64,000 nt of DNA. It comes from Camelus ferus (taxonomy: Eukaryota). This document shows positions 1 to 13,826 of this stretch, piece by piece (the stretch's first letter is position 1; every line of letters starts with the position of its first letter). Under the pieces are notes generated by a model. The model had not been told where the DNA came from, did not search any database, and worked only from the letters and a program-made list of their open reading frames with translations. Location of the stretch: NCBI RefSeq assembly GCF_009834535.1, contig NC_045698.1, forward strand, positions 68,510,001 through 68,574,000, given 5' to 3'. The position numbers and the translations under genes are program-made.

Positions 1-399
1 TGTTTCTTTAGATAATTAACAGGTACTCCATAAGAAAAAAAAAATGCTCTTTGATCAAATTAGTTTGGGGAAATTCTGGGATACATAAAATCAAATAAGT
101 TTACCACAAAACTCATAAAGGCTTTATTAAAATGCCATTATACATAATAAATGTTTTAAAGGGGGAACAGATTACCAGCATTGTCCAGACTTAGAGTGTG
201 AATCCAGGAACATTACCACAAGGGTATCACCGCCCCACTACTGCTCTTAAGCTTCTCATTTCTACTGGCACAATGGCATGCCGTGTTCTTTCTAATCCAA
301 AGTAACAAACAATGTGCCAACTTCCTCTCTCAGCAATCTTCTCTCTCCATTTACAGTCAAATTCCATGAAAGAGCTGAGGCTCTCACTGTTACATGAAC

Positions 400-1200
400 C
401 TTCCTCAAAATCTGCCTTTATCTCCATTGCTCAGGTCCCTGTGGATGCTGCAGTCCCATGGTTACTGTCTTCTTGTTGCTGAATGTAATGCACATTTTCA
501 AATCTATTCTTACTTGACCTCCCAGTAGCTTATGATGCTGGTGAACACTCCCAGTTTCTTAAAATATTTCTTTCTCTTGAATTTTTTGCCTGCCTTCCAC
601 TCCTCAATAACCTTTAGTGGCTCTTCTTTGTTTTCATACTTGTGTGAGTGTTCTGGGGGGGTACTTTGCAGGTGATCTCTCTTCCAGTTAGATGCTTCCT
701 ATCCTAGCTGACTCATCATTTCCCAGGGCTTCACAGAGTATCACATGTACTGATTTCCTAATGTGTATCTTTAACACAGATCCTTCTCAGCTTTAGATCC
801 ATGTATTAGTTATCTAACTACCTCCACTTGAATGACTCTTAGACACCAAATGTTCAACAACTTCCAAATTTAGATCATTGTTTCTTGCTCCAAACTGGAT
901 CTTCCTCTAGTTTCCTTATGAAAAAGTTACTAGTCCTCAAGTCAGCCACCAGGGTAGTCTTGATTTCTCCCTCTCCCTCCCCTCTTTACCCTGCTTAACT
1001 TCAAGTTCCTCTTGACTCTAACTTATTTTTCAAATCCATTATGCCTCTCAATTTCTACTACCAATCTTGCTAGTCCAGACCATGGTCACTATCAGCTGGA
1101 TTTCTGCACACTCTAAACTTGGCTCATCCTCCTTTAGTTTGGCCCTCTCTGATTTAGTCTTAACTTCATTATCCTAATTAAAAAACCCTTAAGCAACTTC
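400..1200 (+). mobile_element. L2 LINE fragment
   Basis: Pyrimidine-rich L2-like segments (cttgacctcccagtagc..., ctccaaactggatcttcct...). Confidence 0.7.
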
Positions 1201-2460
1201 CCATTGTCAGTGCAAAATACTGGTCACAGGATCCTGGAAATGTAATCATCTATCCTAATTATTAAAATGTATACTGTCTGCTAGATGCCACAAATTGTCA
1301 GAAAAGAGAAAATTTCAGAGAGACTAGTTATTTTCATTGTAAAGGACAAAAAAATCCAATACATACTTTCATTGTATTAAATATTTTACAATTAAATAAG
1401 TATTATTTAGCCAAAATGCAGTATTAGGGCAAAGATAGTGCTTAATAATACTCTTTTGTAACAGGAGTGGGAGGAACATGAGTCCTAGCTGTCACGGAGA
1501 ATCATCCCGTAGAGGAGAGGACTGTTCTCCTTCCTTACACGGTTGAATAGATATTATGGGCTTTTCCCCGCTAAGGATTCATAGTACAACAAGAGAAAAG
1601 AATAGAATCTCTGAAGTGTCTGGCTACCCATTTGCCTGCAGGGGCAGCCATGGCCACAGTCTGGATCAAACAGAGAAAGATACGTGGAATTTAATTGGTT
1701 GAAAACATAGCCAGTTATTCATTGAGCCAATGGCACCTTGAACCCTTGCTTGCTATATTTTTGCAATAACTTTACTGACTGAACACCCTCGGTTTCAGTA
1801 GATGGCAGTTTTAAAAATTTCAATGGCTAAGTGGTACCCATATAGAAATCTACTCAATATTATGATATTGATCAGAATTACAATGTTTCTCTATGGGTGG
1901 ACTCATTAATTTTAAGTGAAGATTTTAAGCCTCTGGGTGAACTCAGTCAGTGTGGGTAAAATTCAGTTTCAGCATCAGTAGTCTCATTCCTCTACAGTAA
2001 CTTGAAAAATGATGATCCTTTTTTTTTTTCCCATTCTCTCATCAGAAGGAGTTCCAGAAGAAGTATAAGAGGAAACTGTGTTCTAAGTTTAGCTTGGCCT
2101 TCCCTGCTCTGTTAGGTTTCTCTGATGACCTCCCCAAAAGAGGCAATCATGTTTCCCCCTGTACCACCAACCATATCTTATAGTTTTTGGTTTTTTCCTT
2201 TAATAACAGGGCTGAGATTTTTTTTACCTATCTTACTTCTTCATTAGAATATGATTTTCTTGAGGAGATATATTCTTCACAAGAAGAAATTTGATATACT
2301 TTTAACATTTATATTGCACAAAAAATGACCATAATAGGAACCCATAATGTTTTTAAATTTAGTAATTATGCAGAGGTGTTGCATAATCCTTATTATCATC
2401 TCTAATATTAATGTTTCTTATTTGTTAACAATGTTTTCTTGGACTATTGGTCATTCTCTT

Positions 2461-2718
2461 TTTGTTCTGTTTTGTTTTTTAATTGAAGTATAGTCAATTT
2501 ACAATGTTGTGTTAATTTCTGGTGTACAGCATAGTGATTCATTTATACACATATATATTCATTTCATATTCTTTTTCATGATAGGTTATTACAAGGTATT
2601 GAATATAACTCCCTGTGCTACAGAGTGGGGCTTTGCTGTTTATTTTAGATATAGTAGTGTGTAATCTGCAAATCCCCAACCCCCAATTTACCCCTCCCCA
2701 CCCTAGTAACCTTGCTTT
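2461..2718 (-). mobile_element. L1 3' end (cetartiodactyl/camelid-type)
   Basis: ttttaattgaagtatagtcaatttacaatgttgtgttaatttctggtgtacagcatagtgattca... Confidence 0.85.
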
Positions 2719-2804
2719 CTTTCTGAAAGTTTAAACTTGTTACAATTTACCAAATTAGTTGAAATTGTGACTGTTTTTTTGCTGGAGTTGAAAGTAATGC
2801 ACAG

Positions 2805-3130
2805 TGTTCATTCATTCAAAGCCCCATATATACTTAAATAGCACCCACACTGTATCAGGCACTGCTCTAGGTACAGGGGATCCAGTAGTGAATATGATAT
2901 GACTGAAAAAAGAAGTCTTACACTTATGTAACTTACTTTCTGGTGGAGAATAACTAATAAACAAATGAAATTTAAAATACCTAATATAATGTCAGATAAT
3001 GGTAAGTGATAGGAAGAAAAATAAAGCAAGGTAATATGATAGAGAAAGGGGGCTGTTTTTCATTAGGATGATCATGAAAATGGTTCCTTGATGGAGCAGA
3101 GAGGCTATTAATTAAGTTGTTCAAGAAGAG
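2805..3130 (-). mobile_element. L2 3' end
   Basis: ttcattcattcaa...caggcactgctctaggtacaggggat... Confidence 0.75.
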
Positions 3131-4559
3131 GAGAATACATGGGAAAGACAGATGTGTGTGTAGCCTCCAAACAGGCTAAGAGAAATGTCCTGGATACAAC
3201 TTTTATTTTTGTAGCTTCTCAGGGCAGCGGTGGACAAGCATAATACAAATAAGTCCCTCGCTCCCCAAAACAGAGGCAGATATGACTGATGTTACATTAC
3301 TTTGTTTGACATAAAAATTTAGACTTTTATAGGAAAAGATCTATGAGTAGGTGTGATTGTTCACATAGCCTCTCAGTAGTCTCTGGTTTGCAGCATTTAG
3401 CTACAGAAAAATAATGCCCTTTCTACAGACATTACATTTCAAGATTCCTCTCTCCTACCACCACCACCAAAAACTCAGTATGATTTGCTATGATCAGTTA
3501 TAGTTCACATTAAAAAATACATTTCTCTCTTCCAAAATGGCAGCATATGTTTGATTCACCCAAAAGGTACATATTCATTCACAGGCAGGAACGCTGTTAC
3601 TTTTTGGTTATTGTATTCAAACAGCATGTGTGTCCTTAGACAAAACAACAGAGAAACCAGCAAACCAGAAACCAGCAAATCAGTAAAGAAACTCTAATAC
3701 AGAGGGGAAAATAATAGACACTGACTTTTTTCTTTAATACAGATTACAACATGGCTTTAGAGAGCCTCATTAATAAGGTATTTTTGCAGGCAAGTTAGAA
3801 AGGTGATTTTCTGTGAATCATTGGAAAAGTAAAAAAATGAATGCTCTAACTATAGCTTCCATCCACACATTGTATCACCTATATGCCTAAGGAAGGAAGC
3901 ACTGATTAGGGTTTCACTAACCAGGTCATTAGTTAAGCAGAAGGCATGTGATTGGGAAAGCCATTTACTATTTTTTCCTGGTAGAATGTTTTCTTAATGC
4001 ATGGTGCAACCCAGGGGACACGATGGGAGCAATTTTGACTTTCATTTCATAGAAAAGGGGAGGAAAGCAAGGCTTTAAGAGCTGTCATTTTAAAAAATTT
4101 TTAAGCCCACAGTTATTCAGAAATAACAGAATTACCATAATTATTAAATAGAAAAAGAAATCCATTAGTGAACAAAGAAATGGGCTAAATCCGAACTGAT
4201 TACTTTACAAACACAATTTACCTTCAGTCCCGAAAGAACAAAGGCAACTTTCTTAAATGAACTGTCCTTTCTCTCAGGCCTATATTGTTAATTGCTTCTG
4301 TTTTAACAGATAAAAAGGGTCAAATAAAAAAAAACCAAAAACTGATGGATTTGTTTATTAGACCTTCTCATAACCGCAAAACAATAATAAATGTTTCAAA
4401 CTGAAATGGAGTCATATTAGCTGTATTAAAGTTCAATGCATGCCTCTGACGGAAAAGTGTTTACTAGATTACTAAGGCTTTTTCTTTTTTTTAACTTTTA
4501 GGTAAAATGCTTGGAGTGTAGTTCGAGTCAGTTCAGTTCGAGCCGGAGCAATAATCCTG

Positions 4560-5068
4560 CGCTAAGTACTCTTCATACAGTGCAGTGCTAGATGAAATGT
4601 GGGATATGAAGACACTAAGACTTGACAGCTGGCCTCTGAGGGATCACGATCTAGTGCAGGAGAAAGGAGTTTAAAGCAATTAACCATAAAGTAAGACATA
4701 ATGTATTAAGTGCTGTAATAGAGATACTACGTGACAAGAGAGTAGAGCAAAGGAAGAATTAATTCTGACTGGGGAAGGAAAAAGATTCCTAAAAGTGGTT
4801 TCTGAGCTAGTTCTTTTTTTAAAAAGTTCAGATTTTGATAGGTAAAGGAAAGAAGAAAACACGAAGACATCAAGGAGTTAACGTACACAGGAGACTTGAG
4901 CACAGAGTGTCTGGAGCTTAGAACACTGGGAGAGGGTGAGAATGCAGCAGCAGATGAGGCTGGAATGTGAGGCTGAAGTTAGACCAGGGAGGACTGTGGA
5001 TGCAAGCTCAAGTTCGGGCTCCATCTGCTAAGTGACAGGAATTCACAAAAAGGTTTGTAAGCCAAATA
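4560..5068 (-). mobile_element. L2 fragment, continuing at about 6290-6510 after the LTR insertions
   Basis: Purine-rich L2-like sequence on both sides of the LTR pair. Confidence 0.65.
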
Positions 5069-5072
5069 GTGG

Positions 5073-6285
5073 TGAGACAGGAGCAAAGGGGGACAGTTAT
5101 TGAAGGAATGACACAACAATTGAGGACAGGGCAAACTGGTTATGAGACAGGAAGGAGGCCGGGTACAGCCATTCAAGGAATGCTACAGCAATTAACATCA
5201 AAATGGTGGCAGATTCAACCCCCAGTAGGCCTTGAGGCTCAAGATGGTGGGAGATTTGACTTCCAGCAGATCTTGAGCTTCATTATACGCCCATTGTAAC
5301 ACATTAACATGGTGAATAACATGCCCACAGGCACCATGGCCGTCCCAAGGCTGGCCACAAAAGGTCAAAGAGTAGGAAATGGCCAACTTCCTGGGAATCC
5401 CTGCCCCTTCCCCAGGCTAGTTAGACTGGTCCTTCCACTTATTAGCATATGAAGCCACCAAGCTCATAAAAACTGGCTACATGGTGCTTCGCAGCTGCCG
5501 CCTCCACCCTCTCTCTCTCTCTCTCCCCCCTCTTCTTTGGAGGTGGCCTGCACTCTGACTATGGAGTGTATACCTGCTTTTACTCATCTGAGCACTCAAC
5601 CCCCATACCTCATGGCCTTTCTCTTGCCTTTTGGTATATCTCTCTAAATAAATCTACCTTTACTCAACTGTGGCTCACTCTTGAATTCTTTCCTGCACGA
5701 AGCCAAGGACCCACACTTGGCAGGGCACGTCCCAGGGGCTCAACCAAAGCCTGAGAAACAGCCGCCCTCACGCCCCACATCCATTTTTCCTACATCAGTT
5801 ACAACCAAGATGGCAGATGATTCAACTTCCAGTAGACCTTGAGCCTCATGGCACACCCACAGGAACCATGACAGTTCCCAAGCTGACGTAAAAGGTTAAA
5901 AATTGGGTGAGGGGTTGGCAGCTGATTCCTGGAAATCCCTGCCCCTTCCCCAGAGCAGTTAAAATAATCCTCCTACCCGTTAGCATATGAAATTATCAAG
6001 CTCATAAAAACTAACAACTCTGCACCTTGTGGTCACTCTTCCTCTTGCCTTCTGAGACAGCCTCCACTGTGTCTATGGAGGGTGTATATTTTTACTTTAA
6101 ACACCCCACACCTCTTGGTCTCTCTCCCTCTCGCCTTTTGAGATGGCTTGCATTCTGCTTATGGAATGTGTATCTCCTAAGCTGCCTTCCCTTCTGAGTG
6201 AGAGGGACCCCACTTGCATTCACTTTACTATGCCTTGCTCTTGAAATCTTTCCTGCACAAGACAAGAACCTATTCTCCTGCGACA
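5073..6285 (+). mobile_element. Older related ERV1-class solo LTR split by the nested LTR (5073-5142 plus 5802-6285)
   Basis: Starts tgagacagga and ends tcctgcgaca (imperfect terminal inverted repeat). 5802-6285 aligns by eye with the inner LTR. TSD only partly matched (gtgg/gtca). Confidence 0.8.
5143..5797 (+). mobile_element. ERV1-class solo LTR (655 bp), nested inside a related LTR
   Basis: TG...CA termini (tgagacaggaa / ttcctacatca), 4-bp target site duplication GTTA (5139-5142, 5798-5801), AATAAA at 5647-5652, internal 41-bp tandem repeat at 5199-5280. Confidence 0.9.
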
Positions 6286-6513
6286 GTCACCTGTGTTTGG
6301 CGAGGCAAGTTTGGTGGCAAAGAAAGTAACAGATTGCAGAGCCAAGAAATTCAAGTAAGAGATCATGTCACAAATGGACACTTTAGCAAGGGAAAGTGTA
6401 GAGGTGAACCACAGCTTGGGCAAGAAGATGTAATATAAGGGATAAATTGTGGGAAAGAAACAGTGGGATCTGATGTGGGGGTGTAGGGAATGAGAGAGAA
6501 ATAAGGGTCAAAA

Positions 6514-7095
6514 TGACTTTGGATACAGATCATAAAACCAGGCCCTGTGAGGCCCTCCTGGACACAAAAGCCTTTCTGTGTCCCCCTGTTTCTTATTTGC
6601 AACCTAAAGACTTCAGCCTCCTAGACCTCCCAAAGCTCCAAAGAGCAGATTCAAACAGTTGCCCATCAGGGAAGTAAGGGAATGCAGAAACAAAGGAGGA
6701 GCAATCACAAAAAGACAGTGCAGCTGTTAAAGCGGGAGCCAGGTTCCTACTCGAGGAATAAACCTAACAGTATCCTGTGAGTTCTTCTGCAGGAACTAAG
6801 GCCCTCACCCAGATGGAGGATGGCAACTTCAGGCTGAACACAAGATTCCTGGAACACTGCCCTATTACCTCACCACCAACCGATTAGAAGAAATTCACAA
6901 GTCCTGCAGCCCTCACTCCAAATTTCGCCTATTAAAACTTCTCCCAGAAGACCATTGGAGAGTTTGGGTGTTTGGAGCACGAGCCACCCACTCTCCCTGC
7001 TCAGCCCTGCAATGAACCTTTCTCTGCTTCAATCACTCTGTTTCAGTTTGTTTGGCCTTACTGTGTATCAGGCACACTAACTTGTGTTTGTAACA
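6514..7095 (+). mobile_element. ERV1-class solo LTR (different family)
   Basis: U3-R-U5-like layout, TATA-like ctattaaaa, degenerate PAS aatgaa, ends ...tttgtaaca; left end uncertain. Confidence 0.75.
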
Positions 7096-7236
7096 AAAGG
7101 ATAATGATGCATTTAAATAAGGTGTAGGCTGAGAAGGTTTGAGGAAGTCAAGGCAAAAAAATGTACTATTTATATAAAAAATACTTAAAATTTTGCTGAA
7201 AGCTGGAATGTCTATGATTTAAGAAATCACCTAATC

Positions 7237-7420
7237 CAGTAGTTCTTGACTCTGGCTGAACCTGAGAACCAGATGAGGCGCAGTATTGTAAAAACCTTGT
7301 CATTTTCCCCCCACTTCAAGGGATTTGGATTTAAGTGGTCTGACCAGGCATTCTTTCCCTTGATTATTTTTTAAAGTTCCCCCAAGTGATACAAATATAC
7401 AGCCAGGTTTAAACCCTCTA
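7237..7420. mobile_element. MER5A-like hAT-Charlie MITE
   Basis: cagtagttcttgactctggctg...aaagttccccaagtgat...cagccaggttt. Confidence 0.7.
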
Positions 7421-7959
7421 AAATAATCTGTATCCTTTCATTTACCGATTATCTTATTAGTCAACGGGATCTTAATCCTTTTGAAAGTTTTCAATTTCTT
7501 GGCAGATTATGCTCCTGGCTCTTCTCTACAAGCATCTGACTTCCTTCCCTGTCTCTGTCTCCTCGTTTCATACATTTGTCCAATGAGTCCAATCAGTGAT
7601 GTGCCAGATATTGTTTAAGAAACTGGGGATACAAAAATGACTGGAACATGACTGCTGCTTATTTTCAATGCCTTTTCGATGACTGTATTTCATGGCTTTA
7701 ACCACACATCTTTATGCTTAACTCCTAAATTATGTCCCTAGTCCAGATCTCTCCTAATTCTAAGTACTACATTTCCAATTTACTCTCTAGATGTCTCATC
7801 CTAGATGCCCTGTTGCCACCACAAACTCAGTATTTCTAAATTAAAATTCACTTTCCCTCCAACTCTACATGACTAACTTTACAAAAATGTAATGAGAATC
7901 TAGCATATATTTTGTTCACGTAAAATCACCCATCTACTCTTTCAGATTTCACTTCTGGA

Positions 7960-8376
7960 GGCATCCTTGCCCGTCACTTCTGATGGGGAAACCTCACTGT
8001 TGGGCTGCACCCTGCAGTTTCAAGACTGAAGAAAGGGCCTGGAGTCAGCGACAGAGAAGTCAGCGGTTTAATGGATGGGGAGCTTATCTGTCCAAAGCAA
8101 GGAGTGACTCCCCAGGGTGGGCAGTAGAGGGTGGGGTGGGACTTACTGGCACTCCTCCTTCCGGGCAGGGGGAGGTTAGCAGTTTAGGAGGAACGGATGT
8201 CCGTTACCAGGGAAACCACAGAGGGGCACGCCCATCACAGGCCCCTTGATAAGAACAGTCACTAGCTGGGGCAGGTGTGTAGGAAGGTCAGTCCTGTAAG
8301 TGCAGATGAAGCAGGCACTGGCAGAGCAGGGGATGTTCAGAGAGCAAGAGAACAGCCATCCTGAGTGGCCTGACCA
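7960..8376 (-). mobile_element. LTR-like element in reverse orientation
   Basis: Minus strand begins TGTGGTCAGG; GC-rich U3-like body; ATTAAA on the minus strand at 8067-8072. Confidence 0.6.
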
Positions 8377-8789
8377 CACACTCACCTGGGCTGTTCCTGG
8401 TCCCGTGTACAGCACAGGACTGCTACCAATTAAGGTTTCCTTAGGTTTTCAACAGGAAACAGGATCCTCAATTCAGGATCATTTTCATTTTTTTCTTCAT
8501 TTCTCCCTCCACCACACATACACAGACAGCTAAACCGGCAGAATTTTTCTCTAGTCTAGAGGGTAAAGCAGCCTCCTACTCCCTAATTTTGATTTTTCTC
8601 TCTAAAGGTATAACTTCTAATGTGATATTTTCCTCCAATACTGCATCGCCAAACTTAGGTTGGGGATACACACAAGTCAGAGACTAGATGTTTCCTTCTC
8701 ACTCTCAAATCCTGTCCTATGTTGATGAACACACTGCTTGGTTGGAAAGGTTAAGGTGGAAATAACAGGAGGGAAAATTCTGCTAATAA

Positions 8790-8935
8790 TATTGCGATCT
8801 TCTTAGCTGTATTTAACCTCTTTGTGTTTTAGTTTCTCATTAATACAATAAGGATAGTTGTACATACCTGTCATGGTTATTATAAAGATTAAATAAGAAA
8901 AATGAACAAGCACTTAACTGTTCTCATTATTATTC
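8790..8935 (+). mobile_element. MIR SINE
   Basis: tttaacctctttgtgttttagtttctcatt... core similarity. Confidence 0.65.
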
Positions 8936-11724
8936 TTTTCTGATGGTCCACAAATTCACCTTTGACATCTAGCTATCTGATAGCTGTTACAATAAGAGTT
9001 AGGTAAAGAATATGAATGTTTAGTATAAAAAAAAAGTTATGAGTACAGTTGCCATGAGGATCATCATTAAAATGCATTTCCTGCAATATTAGTGAATATA
9101 GTTCTCTCTCTGGGGCTGGAGGCAGGTGATTCTAGGCAATAAGAATCCTGGAGGACTGGTCAGATGTCTTGATTAATTGCCATTTTTGAAGCAGAAGTAA
9201 GAGCATCAAGAAACCGTGAACAAACACCAGACTCTCAAATAAGCTTGCATCCAGCACAGCTCCATGCCAGCCGCCAACCAAGGTACTCAGCTATAAACTG
9301 GAGGTACTTACTTGCCTTCTAAAGTCATCAAAGAGTTTAGCCGACCAGCAAATGATAACAATAAACAGCTAACCATGCATGAAACAAGAAATCAGAATTT
9401 TCTACTTGTTTGCATGTTTAAGCTAGGAGAGATGCCAGTCAATGAGCTTTAAAAAAAGGGGGGGGGGGTGCTGAGGCAAATGCAAGATGGCATTTAGAAT
9501 TTCCATCAAGACCTAGGGAAACGTGGCCAGCACTATACATAATGGAGGGAAGCTACAGCTCTCGGAGGCTCTGGGAAATGAGCTTCCTGCAATAAGCAGG
9601 GAAATGAAGCTAAGGCAGATTCTGCTGCTAAGTGGGGCAGACGTGCCTTTGTTTGGTGAGGCAGAGATTCCCTCTTGTGCACCTGCTGGGATTCTTCATG
9701 CCAGTTTGGGTCACTTGGGCGCAACTGTTCCGCTTGGCAAAAGGATTCCGAAGGTCTCACTTAATGTCATTCTGAGTGCCCAGCTGGGGTGAGGGACCCA
9801 GAGGCTTTAGGAGAGTGGCTTTAGAAAGGAGCACCTTGCTTACCTGGGGAGGGTGGGGTGTTGCTCTTAGCTCTCCCAGATTCTGCTTTTAGCTCACAGT
9901 TCAATTATTCACTGAAAGTTAGAAACAAAATCATGTGTTTTAGCCCTTGATTAAAGAGAAGATAATGTTTTGTTTTTTAGAAAAGTCAGCTGCAGAGATT
10001 GAGTGTGAACGAGGCTGTGGCTGCCGCTGACAGGTTTTGATTTGGCTAATCACAGAGGTCTTCCTCGAATACTAACTAAGGATTCCAAGCAGAACAAATT
10101 CATTCCTGATGAAGTCTTGCAGCCGACAACGTGGAATAATTTGAATCACAGACCTGTAAAATTTGATCAGGATGGAATTAAACGACTCTGCTGAAGTGTT
10201 TTGGTAAGTCTTTCTTCACCAAGGCAGTACAGTGAAAGGGGGTAGTCAATGAAGGGCCATTTTCATCTGTCATCTTGCTCCATGTCCTGTTGCTGAGAGG
10301 GACTCTGAGGGTCACACCATGGAGAATATGCTTGCTTGCCTGGGTCACACTTAAAGATATGGCCCAACACTCCAACCTCTTGATTACCAGTTACAGCTCC
10401 ATCATTTACAGAGGCAACCAGAGCTCTTAGGATTCATTTATGACAAGATCACCTCTTGGGGGTGATGATATTTTTTACATTTATCTGTGTGACATATAAT
10501 TTCTTACTTCTCTTATACTTTACATCTCATGCAGTTTGAGGAATACAAAGTACATGGAAAGAAAATTGGAAAGGAGCATAAAAATATGAACCCCCATCTT
10601 GAACTACACTGACACCAAGGTAGAAAATTCCTTGAAGTGGCCTTGATAAATAATTTCCTTCCAGAGACAGAGATTCCTCAGGTTCTAGTCAAGTGCCTGT
10701 CAATTGTGCTGTGGAAGGAAGCAATTTGTACCAAGGTAATGAAGGAATTTCTTTTGTGTTTTCAAGAACATGTTGAAAATCAGTATTAAAACATTTTACT
10801 ACAAAAAGGTGGCACATCTGAAAGGTTTTTTTTTTCAGCGTTGTGGCCTGCTACTTTGTCTCCTCGATACAAGACATGATGAGGGAAGTTTCTGAGAATG
10901 ACAGAAAAGTACAGCTAATCAAATTTTAGGACATGTAAGTGATGGTGAGATGAGAGGTCAGGCTGGCAGATTTTTGCAAAGGAAAGGAAGATGGGGGAAA
11001 AAAAGAGTATCCAAGATGGATATTACAAAAAATAATTCCTGAGTTCAGGGGAAATGAGCTAAATAGGAAACCTATGGCCAGTAAGGTAAAGGTGATCCAA
11101 GAAAATCCAGTGTACAAATTGCTGCATTTTTGCAGCAATATAACGTTTTGCAGAAATATAACATATTATATTTCACTGACTAATCTAAAAATTTGCTAAG
11201 TGCTTGGTAATAAAGGAGATATTATTGCTAGAACCAGGAATCAAACACTTGGCTTCTCACAGCAAAGAACAGGCTCTCACTTCGAGTTACTTTTCCAGCA
11301 GGCTGACCTCTGCATGGGCCCCCAGGCATGCACAGTAAAATGTGGACTAGGGGACAGGACAAAGGGTGCCCAAGCCTGAAAAGTTGACATTTACCTACAA
11401 ACACATATAAGAATGAGCATGTTTACTGTTGAAAACTTTCTCTAAATTCAAAGAGACTTCTTTTTAAACTGAGCATCACTCTTCTAAAATACGGCAAAAT
11501 TTCCCAGGGTGGATCTTCTTTTGTTCATTACACAACAATCCATTCAGGGATAATCATGGGGATGAGAAAATAAGATCAACCCATGTAACATAGTTTTTTT
11601 TCACATTCACACTTGTGTTACCTTTTTTTTGCAGATGTAATGGCCTTGGTAATGCAGTACAGGCTTTTCCCTATCATAATTCTACCCTATGGCTTAAATT
11701 ATTCAAAAAAAAAACTGCTTGCTT

Positions 11725-11865
11725 ATATGATACATACATATATATATAAAAAATTTATACATATATACATAAAGAGTATATGTTTATATATATAAATATA
11801 GGTTTTATATGTGTATATCTAAACAAATCATGCATATGTATATAGGCATGTTTATATATGTATAA
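11725..11865. repeat. (TA)-rich low-complexity region
   Basis: Direct reading. Confidence 0.85.
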
Positions 11866-12489
11866 ACTAAGATTCACACAGGAGATGATGAATGAAGAAG
11901 TGTTTATTCTGAGTCACATGGTACCAGAATACAAGAAAGGGCTTTGTCTCTTCTACTGAATCCTACATTGGCATTGATTCAAAGGAGAGAAGAATGCTTT
12001 AGATAAGTTTGGAAGCAATTTTTTTGCATGCGTTTATGCTTAACACGTCACAGTTTTTCTTTGCTATAATTTATTTAAAAATAGTTTGTGGAATAATGCA
12101 CTGAAAATGAAAATCTTATTTTAGGCAAACTGGAAAGCATTCCAAGTGCTATTCATATAAAATGATAGACTCACTCAGTCTCTGATTTACTGGAACAAAT
12201 ATGACAAGTCACTTGACATTTCCTTGGCCTAGAATAGCTAGAAATGGAGATATTATTCTTGATGCAATTCAGAGAATTGTTAACATCTATAACTAATATC
12301 ATGTATGTTTGTAACATATTTTCATGTGTACATTGTAATGACAAAATTAAAAAGAAAATATTTTGTTTCTCTAATATTCTCATGTGGAACCCAAAGATAA
12401 AGAAATATTGATTATTAGAAAGATTTTGGGTCCTTCAGAAAACAATCAGTAAATATTTTGAAAAGTATCTGTAGAAAATAAATTCCTGC

Positions 12490-13470
12490 AAATTGACTCT
12501 AGCCTCCATCACTGCCTTCAATAATGATAAAATCCCCAGTTTCATGGGATATGTCTCTTCTCTTTGGTTTCTCCTACAACTGTTCACAGGGAGCGTCTTC
12601 TTAAAGCTCTCTTCCTTCAATTTCTGTGAAGCTGTAGTTAGTTTTTCTCCCGCGACTCATTCCTTCTTCATTTCTGGCTTCAGCTCCTCTTGCCCCTTCC
12701 GCTACATAAATGAGGGCTTCTGCCAAGTTTCCATTTTCTTTCTATGCCTTCTCCCTCATACTTTTTACATACTCCTATGGCTTCAAATTTTACTACTAGG
12801 TTGAAATTTTTTCATGCATTTCTTTAGCAGCGGACTTCTCTTATGGTTCTAGTTCTAATTTCAGCTCCCCATCCATAAACTTCATATCTGCATCATGTGT
12901 AGTATTTCTGGCATCCAGACCTTTCTGACCATGTGGGACTTGGCGAATATCTCTTCCCTAGTGCATTTACTTCTTCCATTTTCTCCTCCTAATACCAATC
13001 ACCTCCCTAACTAAAACCTCTAGGCTCCAGATCAATACATTCAATATATTCAACTGACTCCTTAATGGCTCCATGTTAAAGTCAAAAATCTCTAGCAATT
13101 CAACTTATACCAGAGCTCTTCAATTACTCTCCCAGTCTGATCCTTATCTGGTGCTCTTTGCCTTAATGAATTGTATCAGTTTCCATCTCATTTCACAAAC
13201 CATAGCATAAGAATTAATCCATGACTCACTCCATGTGCAATACAGTCCAGTCGTCACTGTTGATTTATTCAAAGCTACCATTCTCTTTCTCCACACTACC
13301 AGGAGCTTCCTAACCATTTTCTCCACATAAGCACTTTTTTACCCCCCCCCCTTTTTTTTTTACTGCAACTAGAATTAAGCTTTATTTCTTTTTGCTTCAT
13401 TTATCTAAAATTTTATCCACTCTTAAAATCTCAGCTTATAGTCCACTCGTTCCTCAAGCTCTTCTCTGAT
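12490..13470 (+). mobile_element. L2 fragment
   Basis: CT-rich L2-like sequence. Confidence 0.7.
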
Positions 13471-13499
13471 TTCCACTAGTCTTCAAATTTTATTTTCAT

Positions 13500-13670
13500 T
13501 TTTCATGCAGCAATGAGATGGCAAACTATGTTCTTTGATAATTCCCATCTCTCAGATATGAAATCTAATGCTCAAAAAGAGAAATGATATGCCAAAGTTC
13601 ACCAAATTAGTCGGTAACAGAGGAGGGCTTTGAAATCAGGTGTATGTGACTTAAAATTCACCCTTGGCTA
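13500..13670 (-). mobile_element. MIR SINE
   Basis: cccatctctcagatatgaaatctaatgctc...ctttgaaatcagg. Confidence 0.65.
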
Positions 13671-13826
13671 TAATACTGCCTCCCTCAACATTCAGTCTTT
13701 CTCTAACACGTTAGTGTTAACATGACACTTATCTTGTGCTTCCATTCTTTCATATTCCCACCTGGTGCAGAAACGCCTTGAAAGAGGAACCATTGTTTCA
13801 TTCGTTCACTTAAAAAATGCTTTCAT

